A DNA stretch of 64,000 nucleotides from assembly GCA_963847625.1 (NCBI GenBank), contig CAWKAR010000023.1, forward strand, positions 25,290-89,289, written 5' to 3'. The stretch is from a candidate division FCPU426 bacterium. GTDB taxonomy: Bacteria; Oederibacteriota; Muellerivitia; Muellerivitales; Muellerivitaceae. The translations under genes were made by a program, and so were the position numbers. The notes below the pieces were generated by a model. The model was given only the letters and a program-made list of their open reading frames with translations, was not told the DNA's origin and did no database searches. Shown here one piece after another: positions 51,940 through 62,375 of the stretch. Each line of letters starts with the position of its first letter. Position 1 is the first letter of the stretch.

Positions 51940-52217
51940 TTTATCCCCAAAAACCTCACTCTTTATCCAGATATCACCAATTTTTTAACCGCCGAAAATA
52001 AAAATACAACCAGATCTCCACAAAAAAAGACAACCAGATTGTAGAACCTGTGAGTAAAGGAAAGGAAAAACCAAAATGGTTGCGGGGTTGTGGATTTGTT
52101 CTATAATACCCCCAGTTTGTACACCAACAAAAAACGTTGTGAACCTTAACAAATAAACGTTTTTTGATGACTTATACACATATCCTCCATGCCTACTACT
52201 AATTCTATTATTTTTTT
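51940..52217. other. oriC part 2: DnaA boxes plus DnaA-trio unwinding element
   Basis: TTATCCCCA 51941-51949, TTATACACA 52172-52180 followed by TATCCTCCA-TGC-CTACTACTAATTCTATTA-T7. Confidence 0.8.
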
Positions 52218-52249
52218 AAATCAAATTTTTATAGTCGAAGGAGTTTTAA

Positions 52250-53368
52250 ATGAAAGTGGTTCTGACTAGATCTGATCTTTTAAAGGGGATCAATACAGTT
52301 CAAAACGCTGTTGCGACCAAGAATACCATGCCGATTTTGGCAAATGTTCTATTGGAAGCCCGGGATAAAAAACTGGAGTTTGTTGCAACAGATTTGGATA
52401 TGGGTATTCGTTGTAGTGTTCCAGCGGAAGTAGTTGAAAAAGGCAGTATCACGATAAATGCCAAAAAACTTTCGGATATTGTACGGGAGTTGCCGGAAGC
52501 ATCTGTTGATTTTGAAATTGACGATAACCATAAGATGATATTGGTTTGCCAAAAATCCAATTTTAAAATTCATGGATTGCCAAAAGATGATTTTCCCATC
52601 CTGCCGGAAGTCAAAAAAGACAAGGTTTTAAAAGTAAACGGATCCCTTTTGCAAGACATGATCCGCAAAACCATATTTGCCGTGTCAACGGATGAGACCC
52701 GTTACGTTCTCAATGGCGTATACTTCCAGGTTGAGAATGAAAAAATAAAAATGGTAGCCACCGACGGACACCGGTTGGCTTTCATACAAAAAAAAATAGA
52801 AGGCAAATCGGATGAAAATTACAGCGTCATCATTCCAACCAAAACCTTGAACGAATTATCCAAAGTGATTTCCGATGTGGGCAAGGGCAAGGAAAATGAG
52901 ATTAATGTCGAAGTTATCGCAACGGATAACCAAATAAAATTCAATGTGAATGAAGTTGAGATCGTATCGAGGTTGATCGACGGTCAATTCCCCAATTACG
53001 ATCAAGTCATTCCCAAAGAGGCCGACAAGAAAATAGAAGCCTCCACCTCGGAACTTTCGGCTGCTACCCGCCGTGTCGCTGTTCTTACCTCTGAAAAATC
53101 CAATTCCATCCGATACCAAGCCAGGGAAGGAAAAATCTCGATATCCTCCAAAACCCCGGATATGGGCGAGGCCCAGGAGGAAATGGAGGTGGCTTACAAG
53201 GGGGATGAAATCAGCATCGCTTACAATTCCAGGTATGTCTTGGATGTTTTAAAAAACATAAGTACTGCAACGGTTCTGTTGGAGTTAACCCAACCTTTAA
53301 GCCCTGGCGTGATTCGGCCCAAAGGAGACGCGGATTACCTGTGCGTCATCATGCCCATGAGGGTCTAA
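52250..53368 (+). CDS. dnaN: DNA polymerase III beta clamp
   Basis: PILANVL, ATDLD, ETRYVLNG, VATDGHRL, IMPMR. Confidence 0.98.
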   Translation: MKVVLTRSDLLKGINTVQNAVATKNTMPILANVLLEARDKKLEFVATDLDMGIRCSVPAEVVEKGSITINAKKLSDIVRELPEASVDFEIDDNHKMILVCQKSNFKIHGLPKDDFPILPEVKKDKVLKVNGSLLQDMIRKTIFAVSTDETRYVLNGVYFQVENEKIKMVATDGHRLAFIQKKIEGKSDENYSVIIPTKTLNELSKVISDVGKGKENEINVEVIATDNQIKFNVNEVEIVSRLIDGQFPNYDQVIPKEADKKIEASTSELSAATRRVAVLTSEKSNSIRYQAREGKISISSKTPDMGEAQEEMEVAYKGDEISIAYNSRYVLDVLKNISTATVLLELTQPLSPGVIRPKGDADYLCVIMPMRV

Positions 53369-53392
53369 AGGCGTCCATTCGCTATCGGACCC

Positions 53393-53427
53393 AAGGCCCG
53401 GAGGCAACCAAACTCCGGGCCTTTTTT
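53393..53427 (+). terminator. Terminator after dnaN
   Basis: AAGGCCCGGAG/CTCCGGGCCTT plus T-run. Confidence 0.85.
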
Positions 53428-53589
53428 ATTTCCATACTCGTTTTCTTTTATATTCCTGCCATCGTTTTTATTTTTCTGGGTTTTATATGGGTAAAAGAGC
53501 AACCGTTCATATAGGCTCGGTCGCGATTAAAACAAAATATTGAGCGACAGGGTCATTGAAATCAACTTTTTAAGACCTACAATCTTTTT

Positions 53590-56500
53590 ATGGCTTTAAA
53601 AAACCCGCCCCCCATAGCCTCGCTGTACCAATTGCTTAACCGGTTGAAAACCAGTGAGGATTTAAAAGAACGCATCAAGCATGTGGAAAAGATGGAATCC
53701 CGGCCGGCTCAATTCAGCGATTTTCCAAAGGCCTTGTCGCCGGATATCATAAGAATCCTGGAAAAATCCAGAATCGAGAGGCTTTGGACCCATCAGACTC
53801 AAGCGGTGGATTTCTTGTTGAATGGTAAGAACGTCGCGGTAACGACACCCACAGCCTCTGGAAAAACCCTCTGTTTTAACCTGCCAGTCCTGCAGTCCTT
53901 CCTCCAAGACCAACAATCCCGGGCCCTATACCTTTACCCCATGAAAGCCTTGGCCCGGGACCAGTTAAAAACCCTCCAGGAATGGATGAGCCTGCTCAAG
54001 GCGGCCAAGCTTCCGGTATTCAAGGCCGAGATCTATGACGGCGATACCGCCACAGGGATGAGGACCCGTATCCGCAAGAGCCCTCCCCAGATTATCCTTT
54101 CCAATCCCGACATGCTTCACCTGGGGATTCTGGCGTTCCATGACGGTTGGGTGGAATTCTTCAAGAACTTGAAATACGTGGTGGTGGACGAAACCCATAG
54201 CTATCGGGGTATTTTTGGCGCCCATGTGGCCCATGTCCTGAGGAGGCTTCGCCGTGCCTGCCGGTATTACGGTTCCCAACCCCAGTTCATCTCCTGCTCG
54301 GCCACCCTTGGAAACCCCGGGGAATTCCTGGGGGATTTAACCGGGCTGGACTTTGAAATTATCGACGAATCCGGCGCCCCCCAGAACGGGAAAACATTTG
54401 TTTTATGGAATCCCGATACCACTTCGCCCTATACCGAGGCCGTGACGCTCTTGTCGGAATGCCTCAAGGCCGGAATGAAAACCATCGTTTTCACCAAAGC
54501 CAGGAAAATAACGGAACTGATCAGCCTTTGGATCACCCAAGCCCATCCGGAGTGGGCCTCCCAGATCAAAAGCTACCGGGCGGGGTATCTCCCCGAGGAA
54601 AGACGCGAGATCGAGACGCTCCTGTTCAAGGACAAGCTCAAGGCGGTCATCTCCACCTCGGCCTTGGAAGTGGGCATTGACGTGGGTGGATTGGACGCCT
54701 GCATCCTGGTGGGTTATCCGGGGACCATGATTTCCACCTGGCAGCGTTCGGGCCGCGTGGGCAGGGGATCGGCGCCCTCGGCGGTTTTCCTCGTGGGCAT
54801 GGCCGACGCCATGGACCAGTACTGGATGAAACATCCCGCCAAATTCTTCACGATGAAGCCTGAATCCCTGATGGTGGGTTTTAAGAACGAGAACATCGCG
54901 AAGGCGCACTTGCGTTGCGCGGCGGCTGAAATCCCCATTACCCGCGATGACGAGGAATTTTACGGGAAGTTGCTCTGGGAGCTCCTAACACCCATGGTGA
55001 AGGAAGGAAGCGTCCTTGAAGCGGTCAGTGGCGAAAAATGGCTGGTCACGGACAAAAACCCCCAACGGGGAATCAATATCCGGGACATGGGGGAGGGTTA
55101 CCAGATCATTTTCCGGGAAACTGGGGAGATGATCGGAACCATTGACGGCATGCGGGCCTTCCGGGACTGCCATCCGGGCGCGGTTTACCTTCACCAAGGG
55201 GTGCAGTACGTGGTGAAAGACCTGCAATGGGAACAGCACAAGATCCTGGTTTCCGACGAGCCGGTGGATTATTACACGCAAGTCAATTACGAGGAGGAAA
55301 CGACGATCTTGGAGGAGCAAAAGCGCAGGCCCCTGGGAAAAGGCGCCTCCCATTGCGAAATCCGGTGGGGAAGAGTCAAGATCACCCAAAGGTTCATCAA
55401 TTACGAAATCCACCGCATCGTGGACCGGTCGCTGGTTTCCACCTATCCCCTCACGCTTCCCCCGCAGACTTTTGAAACCAGGGCCCTTTGGATGTCCCTC
55501 CCGGATTATCTTCAGAGAAACCTGGCGGACCGGAAGATCCACTTTATGGGGGGCCTGCACGCGGCCGAACATGGGACCATCGCCATGATGCCCCTTCATG
55601 TGGTCTGCGACCGGTGGGACTTGGGCGGCATCTCCACACCCGCCCATCCCCAGGTGCCCCAGCCCGTCATCTTCATCTACGACGGTTATCCGGGAGGCGT
55701 CGGGCTCTCCGAAAAAGCGTTTGAGACCATGGAGGAATTGTTGACCACTACCTTCGAGATGATCCGGGACTGCGAGTGCGAGGAAGGGTGCCCCTCCTGC
55801 GTTCAATCGCCCAAATGCGGAAGCGGGAACCACCCCTTGGATAAGAAAGGCGCGCTTTTGATCCTGGGCCATATCCTGGGCAGGGAGGACTGGAAACCGG
55901 CCGCCAGGGGGGCACAACCTGTTTTTTCCCTCCCGGGGGAACCATTCAACATGGAGGACGGACCAGGGGATACCCCGGAACGGTTTAAGCCTTCCCAAGA
56001 GAAATACCCTGCGCGGTACGTTTCCCGGGAAGCGCCCGTTTCAGGCCCGGGCACAAAAATCGCTTTCGAACCGCCTCCCGGGAAAACCGGGCCAGTTGTG
56101 TTTGACATTGAAACCCAGTTCCTTTCCGCGGAAGTCCCTGGCGGCTGGAACAATTTACCCGGCATGCGGCTTTCCTGCGCGGTGGTTTATGATGTCGACC
56201 AAGACAAGTATTTCACGTATGTGGAAGAAAATGTGAACGACTTGATCACTCACTTGCGGGCCTCCAGCCTCGTGGTCGGGTTCAATTCTCTTCGCTTTGA
56301 CTACGGCGTGATACAGGGTTATACCTCCTTCCCCCTACAAAGCCTGCCGACCCTGGACCTCATGGCGGACCTGCAGAAAAAGCTGAAACACAGGTTATCC
56401 CTCGCCCACCTGGCCCAACACACCCTGGGCGGCGCGGAGAAATCCGCCGACGGATTGCTCGCGGTCCAGTGGTGGCGGGAGGGGAAGTACGAGCAAGTGA

Positions 56501-56625
56501 TCGACTATTGCCGGCAGGATGTGAAACTCACCCATGACCTTTGGAAGTTCGGGAAGGAAAAGGGCCACGTCCTTTTCGCGCACAAGCAATCCGGGGAAAT
56601 TGTGAAATGCCCGGTGGAGTGGTGA
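53590..56625 (+). CDS. MrfA/YprA-type DEAH helicase (DUF1998 Zn domain) fused to a C-terminal RNase H-like exonuclease
   Basis: TPTASGKT, DETH, SAT, QRSGRVGR, CECEEGCPSC..SPKC; C-terminal FDIET, GFN..RFD, YCRQDV. Confidence 0.9.
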   Translation: MALKNPPPIASLYQLLNRLKTSEDLKERIKHVEKMESRPAQFSDFPKALSPDIIRILEKSRIERLWTHQTQAVDFLLNGKNVAVTTPTASGKTLCFNLPVLQSFLQDQQSRALYLYPMKALARDQLKTLQEWMSLLKAAKLPVFKAEIYDGDTATGMRTRIRKSPPQIILSNPDMLHLGILAFHDGWVEFFKNLKYVVVDETHSYRGIFGAHVAHVLRRLRRACRYYGSQPQFISCSATLGNPGEFLGDLTGLDFEIIDESGAPQNGKTFVLWNPDTTSPYTEAVTLLSECLKAGMKTIVFTKARKITELISLWITQAHPEWASQIKSYRAGYLPEERREIETLLFKDKLKAVISTSALEVGIDVGGLDACILVGYPGTMISTWQRSGRVGRGSAPSAVFLVGMADAMDQYWMKHPAKFFTMKPESLMVGFKNENIAKAHLRCAAAEIPITRDDEEFYGKLLWELLTPMVKEGSVLEAVSGEKWLVTDKNPQRGINIRDMGEGYQIIFRETGEMIGTIDGMRAFRDCHPGAVYLHQGVQYVVKDLQWEQHKILVSDEPVDYYTQVNYEEETTILEEQKRRPLGKGASHCEIRWGRVKITQRFINYEIHRIVDRSLVSTYPLTLPPQTFETRALWMSLPDYLQRNLADRKIHFMGGLHAAEHGTIAMMPLHVVCDRWDLGGISTPAHPQVPQPVIFIYDGYPGGVGLSEKAFETMEELLTTTFEMIRDCECEEGCPSCVQSPKCGSGNHPLDKKGALLILGHILGREDWKPAARGAQPVFSLPGEPFNMEDGPGDTPERFKPSQEKYPARYVSREAPVSGPGTKIAFEPPPGKTGPVVFDIETQFLSAEVPGGWNNLPGMRLSCAVVYDVDQDKYFTYVEENVNDLITHLRASSLVVGFNSLRFDYGVIQGYTSFPLQSLPTLDLMADLQKKLKHRLSLAHLAQHTLGGAEKSADGLLAVQWWREGKYEQVIDYCRQDVKLTHDLWKFGKEKGHVLFAHKQSGEIVKCPVEW

Positions 56626-56775
56626 AAAAAATCCACTTTCCGGTTCATGAGGAAGAACGAGGTTTTTATCACACAAGCAGGGATAAAAGGGATGAAAAGC
56701 TATTGAATAGCGGTCCTATCCGGAACAAAAGACCGTTTGTTGCCGTTGAATCGCCGGCGGGGGTATACTTTTTCC

Positions 56776-57189
56776 ATGCAAAAGCCTGGCCATTCCAAGC
56801 ATAGGGTAACGGTCGAACTGCCTGTCTTGTCCTTTGAGACCGATTTCCTGGGCGTGGTCAACAATACTGAATTTCTCCGGTATATCGAACGGGTCCGTTA
56901 CGCGCTCGGCAAGAAATACGGTTTTTCCTTCAAGCAGGTGCGCAACGCCAAGGTTTGGGTTGTTATGGCCCGGGTGGAGATCAACTACCGCGCCCCGGCT
57001 TTCTTTGAGGACATCCTTTTGGGGACGGGCTGGGTGGAGAAAATCGGAAAGACCTCGCTCACCATGGCCTATGAATTCCGCATGAAAGGTTCGGGGAAAT
57101 TGATTGTGGATGCCAGACAGGTTATGGTCTTTATTGACAGCAAGTTTAAACCTACTCCCATTCCCGCTACGATTCGTAGGAAGCTTTAG
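56776..57189 (+). CDS. Acyl-CoA thioesterase (YbgC/4HBT family)
   Basis: ETDFLGVVNN..FLRYIE.R, INYRAPA.FED. Confidence 0.85.
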   Translation: MQKPGHSKHRVTVELPVLSFETDFLGVVNNTEFLRYIERVRYALGKKYGFSFKQVRNAKVWVVMARVEINYRAPAFFEDILLGTGWVEKIGKTSLTMAYEFRMKGSGKLIVDARQVMVFIDSKFKPTPIPATIRRKL

Positions 57190-57290
57190 GAGGGGGGAAT
57201 TAAGGACATCTGAAGGCAAACCCCTTGTTATTTGGCCATTTCAGGGGTATTTTTAGTTATTGGTTGGATCTTTTTCCAAGGAAATATTTA

Positions 57291-58496
57291 ATGCCCGGCA
57301 AAATCAGCGCGAGCGGTCTCCAAGAACAATTGATGTCCCTCAACCGCATCGGCATCGCCCTCACCAAAGAACAGGATATAAACCAGCTCCTGACCCTCAT
57401 TCTCACCGAAAGCCGGCAGTTTACCAATGCGGAAGCCGGAAGCCTTTACGTTCGGGAAGGGGCCCAGCTTCGTTTTTCCGTGAGCCAGAACGATGTTATG
57501 GATGCGCGCAGGAAGGCCGAGATCAAATCCCAGAAAAAACCCGTGGATGTGGTCCCCTCGACATTCACGGGATTTTACGTTTCCTTGGATAAGAGTTCCC
57601 TGGCGGGTTACGTGGGCGTTACCGGCAAGGTTCTGAACATCCCGGATTCCTATAAAATCCCCAAGAACCGGGAATACAAGCACAATCCCTCCTTCGATTT
57701 GAAAAACAACTATCACACCACGAGCATGCTGATGGTGCCCATGAAGGATCCCTCTGGAAAAGTGGTGGGTGTCATCCAACTCATTAACGCCCGAAAAGGA
57801 AAATCCGTTGTTCCTTTTCACAAGCATTTTGAGAATTTGGTGCTGTCCCTGGCCAGCCAGGCCGCTATCGCCATCGGGAACGCCCGGTTGACCCAGGAAC
57901 TGAAAGAGGCTTATTTGGACACCATTTTCCGCTTGTCAGTAGCGGCGGAATACAAGGACGACGACACGGCCGCCCATATCCATCGGATGAGCCGTTACTC
58001 GGCGGTCCTGGCCGAGGGATTGGGGTTGTCATTCCACGAGGTGGAGAATATCCGTTACGCCTCGCCCATGCATGACATCGGGAAATTGGGGGTTCCGGAT
58101 GCCATCCTGATGAAACCCGGGAAACTTACTCCCGACGAGTTCAAGGAAATGCAAAAACACACTGTTTTCGGCGGAAAAATTTTGGAAAATGCCAAGGCCG
58201 AGTTGTTGAAGGTTTCCGAGGTCATCGCGCTGTCACACCACGAGAAATGGGACGGGTCCGGGTATCCGAGGGGATTGAAAGGCGAGGCCATCCCCCTTTT
58301 CGGCCGAATCGTGGCGCTGGCGGATGTTTTCGACGCCCTGACCACGAAGCGCTGTTATAAACCGGCTTTTTCCCTCGGGGATTCCTTGAAGATCATTAAG
58401 GACAGCACGGGACATCATTTTGACCCTAACGTGGCCCAAGCCTTCAACAACAACTTGGAGAAGATCCTTACCATCAAGGCGCAATTCAGTAATTAA
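57291..58496 (+). CDS. GAF + HD-GYP cyclic-dinucleotide phosphodiesterase
   Basis: GAF (SLAGYV..TG.VLNIPD.Y, GVIQLIN); HDIGK, HHEKWDGSGYP, ADVFDAL. Confidence 0.92.
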   Translation: MPGKISASGLQEQLMSLNRIGIALTKEQDINQLLTLILTESRQFTNAEAGSLYVREGAQLRFSVSQNDVMDARRKAEIKSQKKPVDVVPSTFTGFYVSLDKSSLAGYVGVTGKVLNIPDSYKIPKNREYKHNPSFDLKNNYHTTSMLMVPMKDPSGKVVGVIQLINARKGKSVVPFHKHFENLVLSLASQAAIAIGNARLTQELKEAYLDTIFRLSVAAEYKDDDTAAHIHRMSRYSAVLAEGLGLSFHEVENIRYASPMHDIGKLGVPDAILMKPGKLTPDEFKEMQKHTVFGGKILENAKAELLKVSEVIALSHHEKWDGSGYPRGLKGEAIPLFGRIVALADVFDALTTKRCYKPAFSLGDSLKIIKDSTGHHFDPNVAQAFNNNLEKILTIKAQFSN

Positions 58497-58718
58497 GCCC
58501 CGTTTCTTTTTCCTTCCGTTCTCTCAAAAAAATTTTACCTGTTAAAAATTTTGTTTCAAAGCTGATGCCCCCTCGCGGGGAAGTGACAGGGTGAAATTGA
58601 TTGACTGATTTTAATCAGCGCCTGATCATGTTTTATAAGCGGGAGATACGAAACCGAATGGGGAAAAGTGGAAACGAAGTATTTAGAAAGAATGGAGAGG
58701 ATTTTTAAGCGCTGGGTT

Positions 58719-59003
58719 TTAAAGAACGGGGCGGATAAAAAATCCCCGCTTGATGAGGAATTGGTCGATCCTCTGGCACACAAGGGCGACCTCTTGGTCT
58801 TTTAGGGTATCTTCGAGTTCGGACTCAATCCGCAAACCCACCTTTTCCAATAGGGCGATTTGCACCTGTCGGTGTTGTTCCTGTATTGAGGAAGTATTGA
58901 TGCGCATATCTTCCGATGGGATGCCGGAAGGATTGACCTGGTTTAATGTTTCTGTTGTCAGACAGGAATCCAGGATTTGGTTGATTTGATTCAACCGATC
59001 CAT
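58719..59003 (-). CDS. Hypothetical protein
   Basis: 94-aa ORF with AAGGTG RBS-like site; no recognised motif. Confidence 0.45.
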   Translation of the reverse strand: MDRLNQINQILDSCLTTETLNQVNPSGIPSEDMRINTSSIQEQHRQVQIALLEKVGLRIESELEDTLKDQEVALVCQRIDQFLIKRGFFIRPVL

Positions 59004-59237
59004 AGATCACCTTGAGGTTTAATGTTAAACCATTCAAGTTAATCCTATTCCTATTTGGGACAAATGTCAAATATTAGAGGTTTTCCAAGGGAATTCGAGG
59101 GGTAATTTCAAACTTTTCCAGAAAGTTTCTTATAGCCTGTTGAAATCCCCTGCCCTTGCTGTGGTGCGGGGGCCCACCCTGAGCGAGATTGCGATCCTAC
59201 GGTGTTGGAGTAAAACATGCCAAATCAGGCAATCCCT

Positions 59238-60752
59238 TTATTCGATTTTCGTTTCCAGTTCCATGAGCTGGTGGTCCAGCCGTAAGTCCGGCAAACGGTC
59301 CAGGGCGTGTCTGAAAACCACCTTCAATTGAATTTGTTTGGGAGTTCCCATCCAAAGTTTGTAGAGCAGGTGAAGGGCCCGCGCGGCTTGGATCTGCGTG
59401 CCGTGGTTGGTCAGATACTCCAGGATTAATTCTTCCTTCCCCCCGTCCCCGAGCCGGTGGAAAACATCGGCGGCCAGGCTTAAGAATGCCGGGTCCGCGT
59501 CTTCAATGTTTCCCAGCTTCCACCATTCCCCCAAGGCGGCCAGGGCCGCCGGGTATTGGCGGTTGCCATAGAGGCGCCCCACTTCCTCCTCCAGCGCCGC
59601 CCGCCGGTCGGGGGCTTTCATGGAAAGGGTTTTGTCCTTATCCCCCAGTTTCATGATCCCGGCTAAAAGTTGCGGTTTGTATTCCTCGTCCCGGAAGGTC
59701 CCGCGAAGCGACCGGAACAACTTGACCGCGTCCAATTCTCTGCCCTCCTTCAGCCAAAGCTCCAGCACCCATTGGTATTGCAAGAAAGCCTTGTCCTTGT
59801 AACCCTGCCTGCGGAAGCGGGTGCGGTCTTCCATTTGAAGGTAGAAATCCGCCAGCTCGCACCGGGCATCGGAGTTCTCGGGGTACTTTTCCAGGTACTC
59901 CACATATTCCGAAACGGCGGCATTGGTAAACCCGTTTCGCGCGTCCTCTTGGGCCCTTTCTAGGAGCCGCTCGTCCACGTTTTCCTGCGGCAGGTACATC
60001 AGCCACCCCGCGCCAAAACCGGAAATAAAACAGAAGGCATGGATCAAATGGTTGACTCCGTCGTCCTCGCCCTTGACCACCATGAAATAGTCGCTCACGA
60101 AAAAATAAAGGGCCATCGACCAGAGGGGGACCCGGTAAATCATTTTGCGCGCGGTATAGGGAAGCATGTAACAGAGCGGCAGGTAAAAAAGAAAATAGGT
60201 TCCAAGCCAACTCCGCCAGGACGGCATGAAGACCATCAACAGGAACCAAACGATGAGCGGGGCCACGAAGGGGTTCAAGATCCGGACCTTCAAGTTGAAA
60301 TAGCGGGTCAGGGTGATGCCGACAATCGCCATCACGCACCCGGAGGCCCCGATCCCCGGCATGCTGACACGGCCTGGGGCGAGTGCGTAGGCCGCCCAAT
60401 AGATGCCCAATTCGATCAGATTGCCCGCCAGCCCGCATCCCAGATAAAGAAGGGCGAATTTTTTCCAACCCAGCCGGTCCTCCAAGATCCATCCAAATAT
60501 CCAGAGGAAGACCATGTTGGAGATCAGGTGCCACCAGCCCGCGTGGGTGAACATGGAAAGGAAAATCCCGGAAACGGTGGGCTTGTCCGGGTCGAAGGCG
60601 AACCAATCCAGAAAAGTTTTGAACTCCATCAGGTGGAAAGTGTGGACAAAGGTGAAAAATGCCTGAAACCAGATATTGACGGCGATCAGGGTGATGAGCG
60701 CCAGCGGAGGCTTCAGGTTTTGGCGGGACTCGATGGAAAGGGGCAGGATCAT
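59238..60752 (-). CDS. Rhomboid intramembrane serine protease with C-terminal TPR-like domain
   Basis: SMFTHAGWWHLISNM, IGASG, NHLIH; helical repeats after the TM domain. Confidence 0.85.
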   Translation of the reverse strand: MILPLSIESRQNLKPPLALITLIAVNIWFQAFFTFVHTFHLMEFKTFLDWFAFDPDKPTVSGIFLSMFTHAGWWHLISNMVFLWIFGWILEDRLGWKKFALLYLGCGLAGNLIELGIYWAAYALAPGRVSMPGIGASGCVMAIVGITLTRYFNLKVRILNPFVAPLIVWFLLMVFMPSWRSWLGTYFLFYLPLCYMLPYTARKMIYRVPLWSMALYFFVSDYFMVVKGEDDGVNHLIHAFCFISGFGAGWLMYLPQENVDERLLERAQEDARNGFTNAAVSEYVEYLEKYPENSDARCELADFYLQMEDRTRFRRQGYKDKAFLQYQWVLELWLKEGRELDAVKLFRSLRGTFRDEEYKPQLLAGIMKLGDKDKTLSMKAPDRRAALEEEVGRLYGNRQYPAALAALGEWWKLGNIEDADPAFLSLAADVFHRLGDGGKEELILEYLTNHGTQIQAARALHLLYKLWMGTPKQIQLKVVFRHALDRLPDLRLDHQLMELETKIE

Positions 60753-60815
60753 GACGGCTCATACTCCAATCTCGACTTATGCTTCCTATCTCTTCGGATT
60801 ATTTTTAAACGATAT

Positions 60816-61870
60816 GCCGAATTCACGGAGTAAGTGCAACACTTCGCCGGAAGACTTCCGCCGGAGTTTTAAAGCCCAAACATTTCCTGGGCCTGTTATT
60901 GAGCCATCTTTCTATGGTCCTGAATTCTTTGAAGGACACTTTAGCAAGATCAGTCTTTTTAGGCAAATGGCGGCGGACAAGACCGATAGTATTTTCCACC
61001 GTACCTTTTTCCCAACTGTGGAAAGGGGCGCAGAAAAAGGATTTTGTACCAAGCACGTGGTTGGTTTCCAAGTGGTTGGTGTTTTCGGTTCCGTTGTCAT
61101 AGGTCAGACTCAGGCGGGCGTCTTGAGGGAAGCGGCATAAAGCGCGGTTGAGGCTATGACTCATTTGGCGAGCGGTCTTTCGTTTGAGCTTTCCCAACTT
61201 GGAAAAACGGCTTTGACGCTCGACGAGAGCCCGCATAGCAACTTTACTCTGACGAGAGACCATGGTGTCGGTTTCCCAATGGCCGAATTGCTTGCGTTGA
61301 TTGGCGATCTCGGAGCGCTTATCGATGGAAACACGGCCTGGGATATGGTTTTTGGCGTGCTTACGGCTATGGCCAAATGAGAATCGTCGCCGGTGGTGTC
61401 GAACTAGGCAAGGAATCAGCTCAGTGGCTTCAGCATAAACCCACTGATAGATAGCTTCAGGACCAATGGTTTGCTTAGGCCGTAGGTGACCTAATCGACC
61501 TGAAATGAGTTCTGGAGACCAGCCTCGTTTCAATTGACGACGGACGTAGGCACGAATTCGTTTTGTTTTCAGGCGTAAACGGCGTGCTCGTTGTTGGTTG
61601 CGGTCAACATACCGTTGATGGGCTCGATGAGAAAGATAATAACCAGAACGGATAGGGGGAGCATTGCGCTTGAGTTCCCTGGAGAGGGTGGAAGGAGACC
61701 TCTTCAAGGCGCGTGAAATTGCTCGAAGGCTAAGACCCTTTCCTTTCAAGACGGATAAATGATCTCTTTCTTCAACGCTTAAATGCTTGTATTTCTTTTT
61801 CATAGCCGCATATCCTATTCATGCGGCCTTCTTCAGACACTAAGTGTTGCACTTACTTATGGAACTCGGG
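60816..61870 (-). mobile_element. IS30-family element, copy 3 (1055 bp)
   Basis: Same IRs; TSD ATA. Confidence 0.93.
60823..61803 (-). CDS. IS30-family transposase
   Basis: Protein identical to the other two copies. Confidence 0.95.
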   Translation of the reverse strand: MKKKYKHLSVEERDHLSVLKGKGLSLRAISRALKRSPSTLSRELKRNAPPIRSGYYLSHRAHQRYVDRNQQRARRLRLKTKRIRAYVRRQLKRGWSPELISGRLGHLRPKQTIGPEAIYQWVYAEATELIPCLVRHHRRRFSFGHSRKHAKNHIPGRVSIDKRSEIANQRKQFGHWETDTMVSRQSKVAMRALVERQSRFSKLGKLKRKTARQMSHSLNRALCRFPQDARLSLTYDNGTENTNHLETNHVLGTKSFFCAPFHSWEKGTVENTIGLVRRHLPKKTDLAKVSFKEFRTIERWLNNRPRKCLGFKTPAEVFRRSVALTP

Positions 61871-62273
61871 TATCCACGTGGTATAAATTCACGGATTTAG
61901 GCATTTTACCCGCTGCCAAGGCCCCGGGCTTGCCCGGGGGCCTAGCCGTGTACTTGGGCGGGGTTCCATGCCCCGCCCAAGTGGCGACCCGAAGGGTTGT
62001 CCCTTGACCTTTCGTGAAATACATCAGGGCCTCAATCCATTCCCCTGGCTTTTGAAAGCCTGATTTCTTAACGTACGGTTTGAGTTTGTCGGCATTCAAC
62101 CGATGAAATATTTTGACCAACATAACATTCCCAATACCAAATTTCTTTGTTTTAAAAAGCTTACCAGACACTAACGAATCCCTGCCCTCCCGGCGTTTTT
62201 TCTCGCGAAGGGTGTAAACTTCCTTATGTTTCAAAAGAAATTTACGGACTTTGGGGTGATTGAAAAACATCAT
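61857..62273 (-). CDS. Hypothetical protein, possibly ASCH/PUA-like; 3' end altered by IS30
   Basis: VYTLR, SGFQKPGEW, LYHV pattern; stop codon lies inside the IS30 IR. Confidence 0.45.
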   Translation of the reverse strand: MMFFNHPKVRKFLLKHKEVYTLREKKRREGRDSLVSGKLFKTKKFGIGNVMLVKIFHRLNADKLKPYVKKSGFQKPGEWIEALMYFTKGQGTTLRVATWAGHGTPPKYTARPPGKPGALAAGKMPKSVNLYHVDTRVP

Positions 62274-62375
62274 AGAGTAACAACCATCCGGTTATTTTAA
62301 GAGTACATTGGATTAGACCAGTAGCCTGTATTTTTTTCATCCAACATGAGTGTTCTGCGATGAGGTTTCCAAGGT

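Noticed and set aside
59140..59235. GC-rich hairpin region as a riboswitch, 6S or SRP RNA
   Set aside because: No conserved motif of these families recognised
59638..60833. Long alternative-frame and antisense ORFs here and over hypF, degP, gyrAB and the helicase
   Set aside because: Shadow ORFs typical of high-GC3 coding DNA, with no motifs of their own
61870..61885. Third parS-like palindrome (GTATCCACGTGGTATA)
   Set aside because: Only the CCACGTGG core matches and it lies in coding sequence
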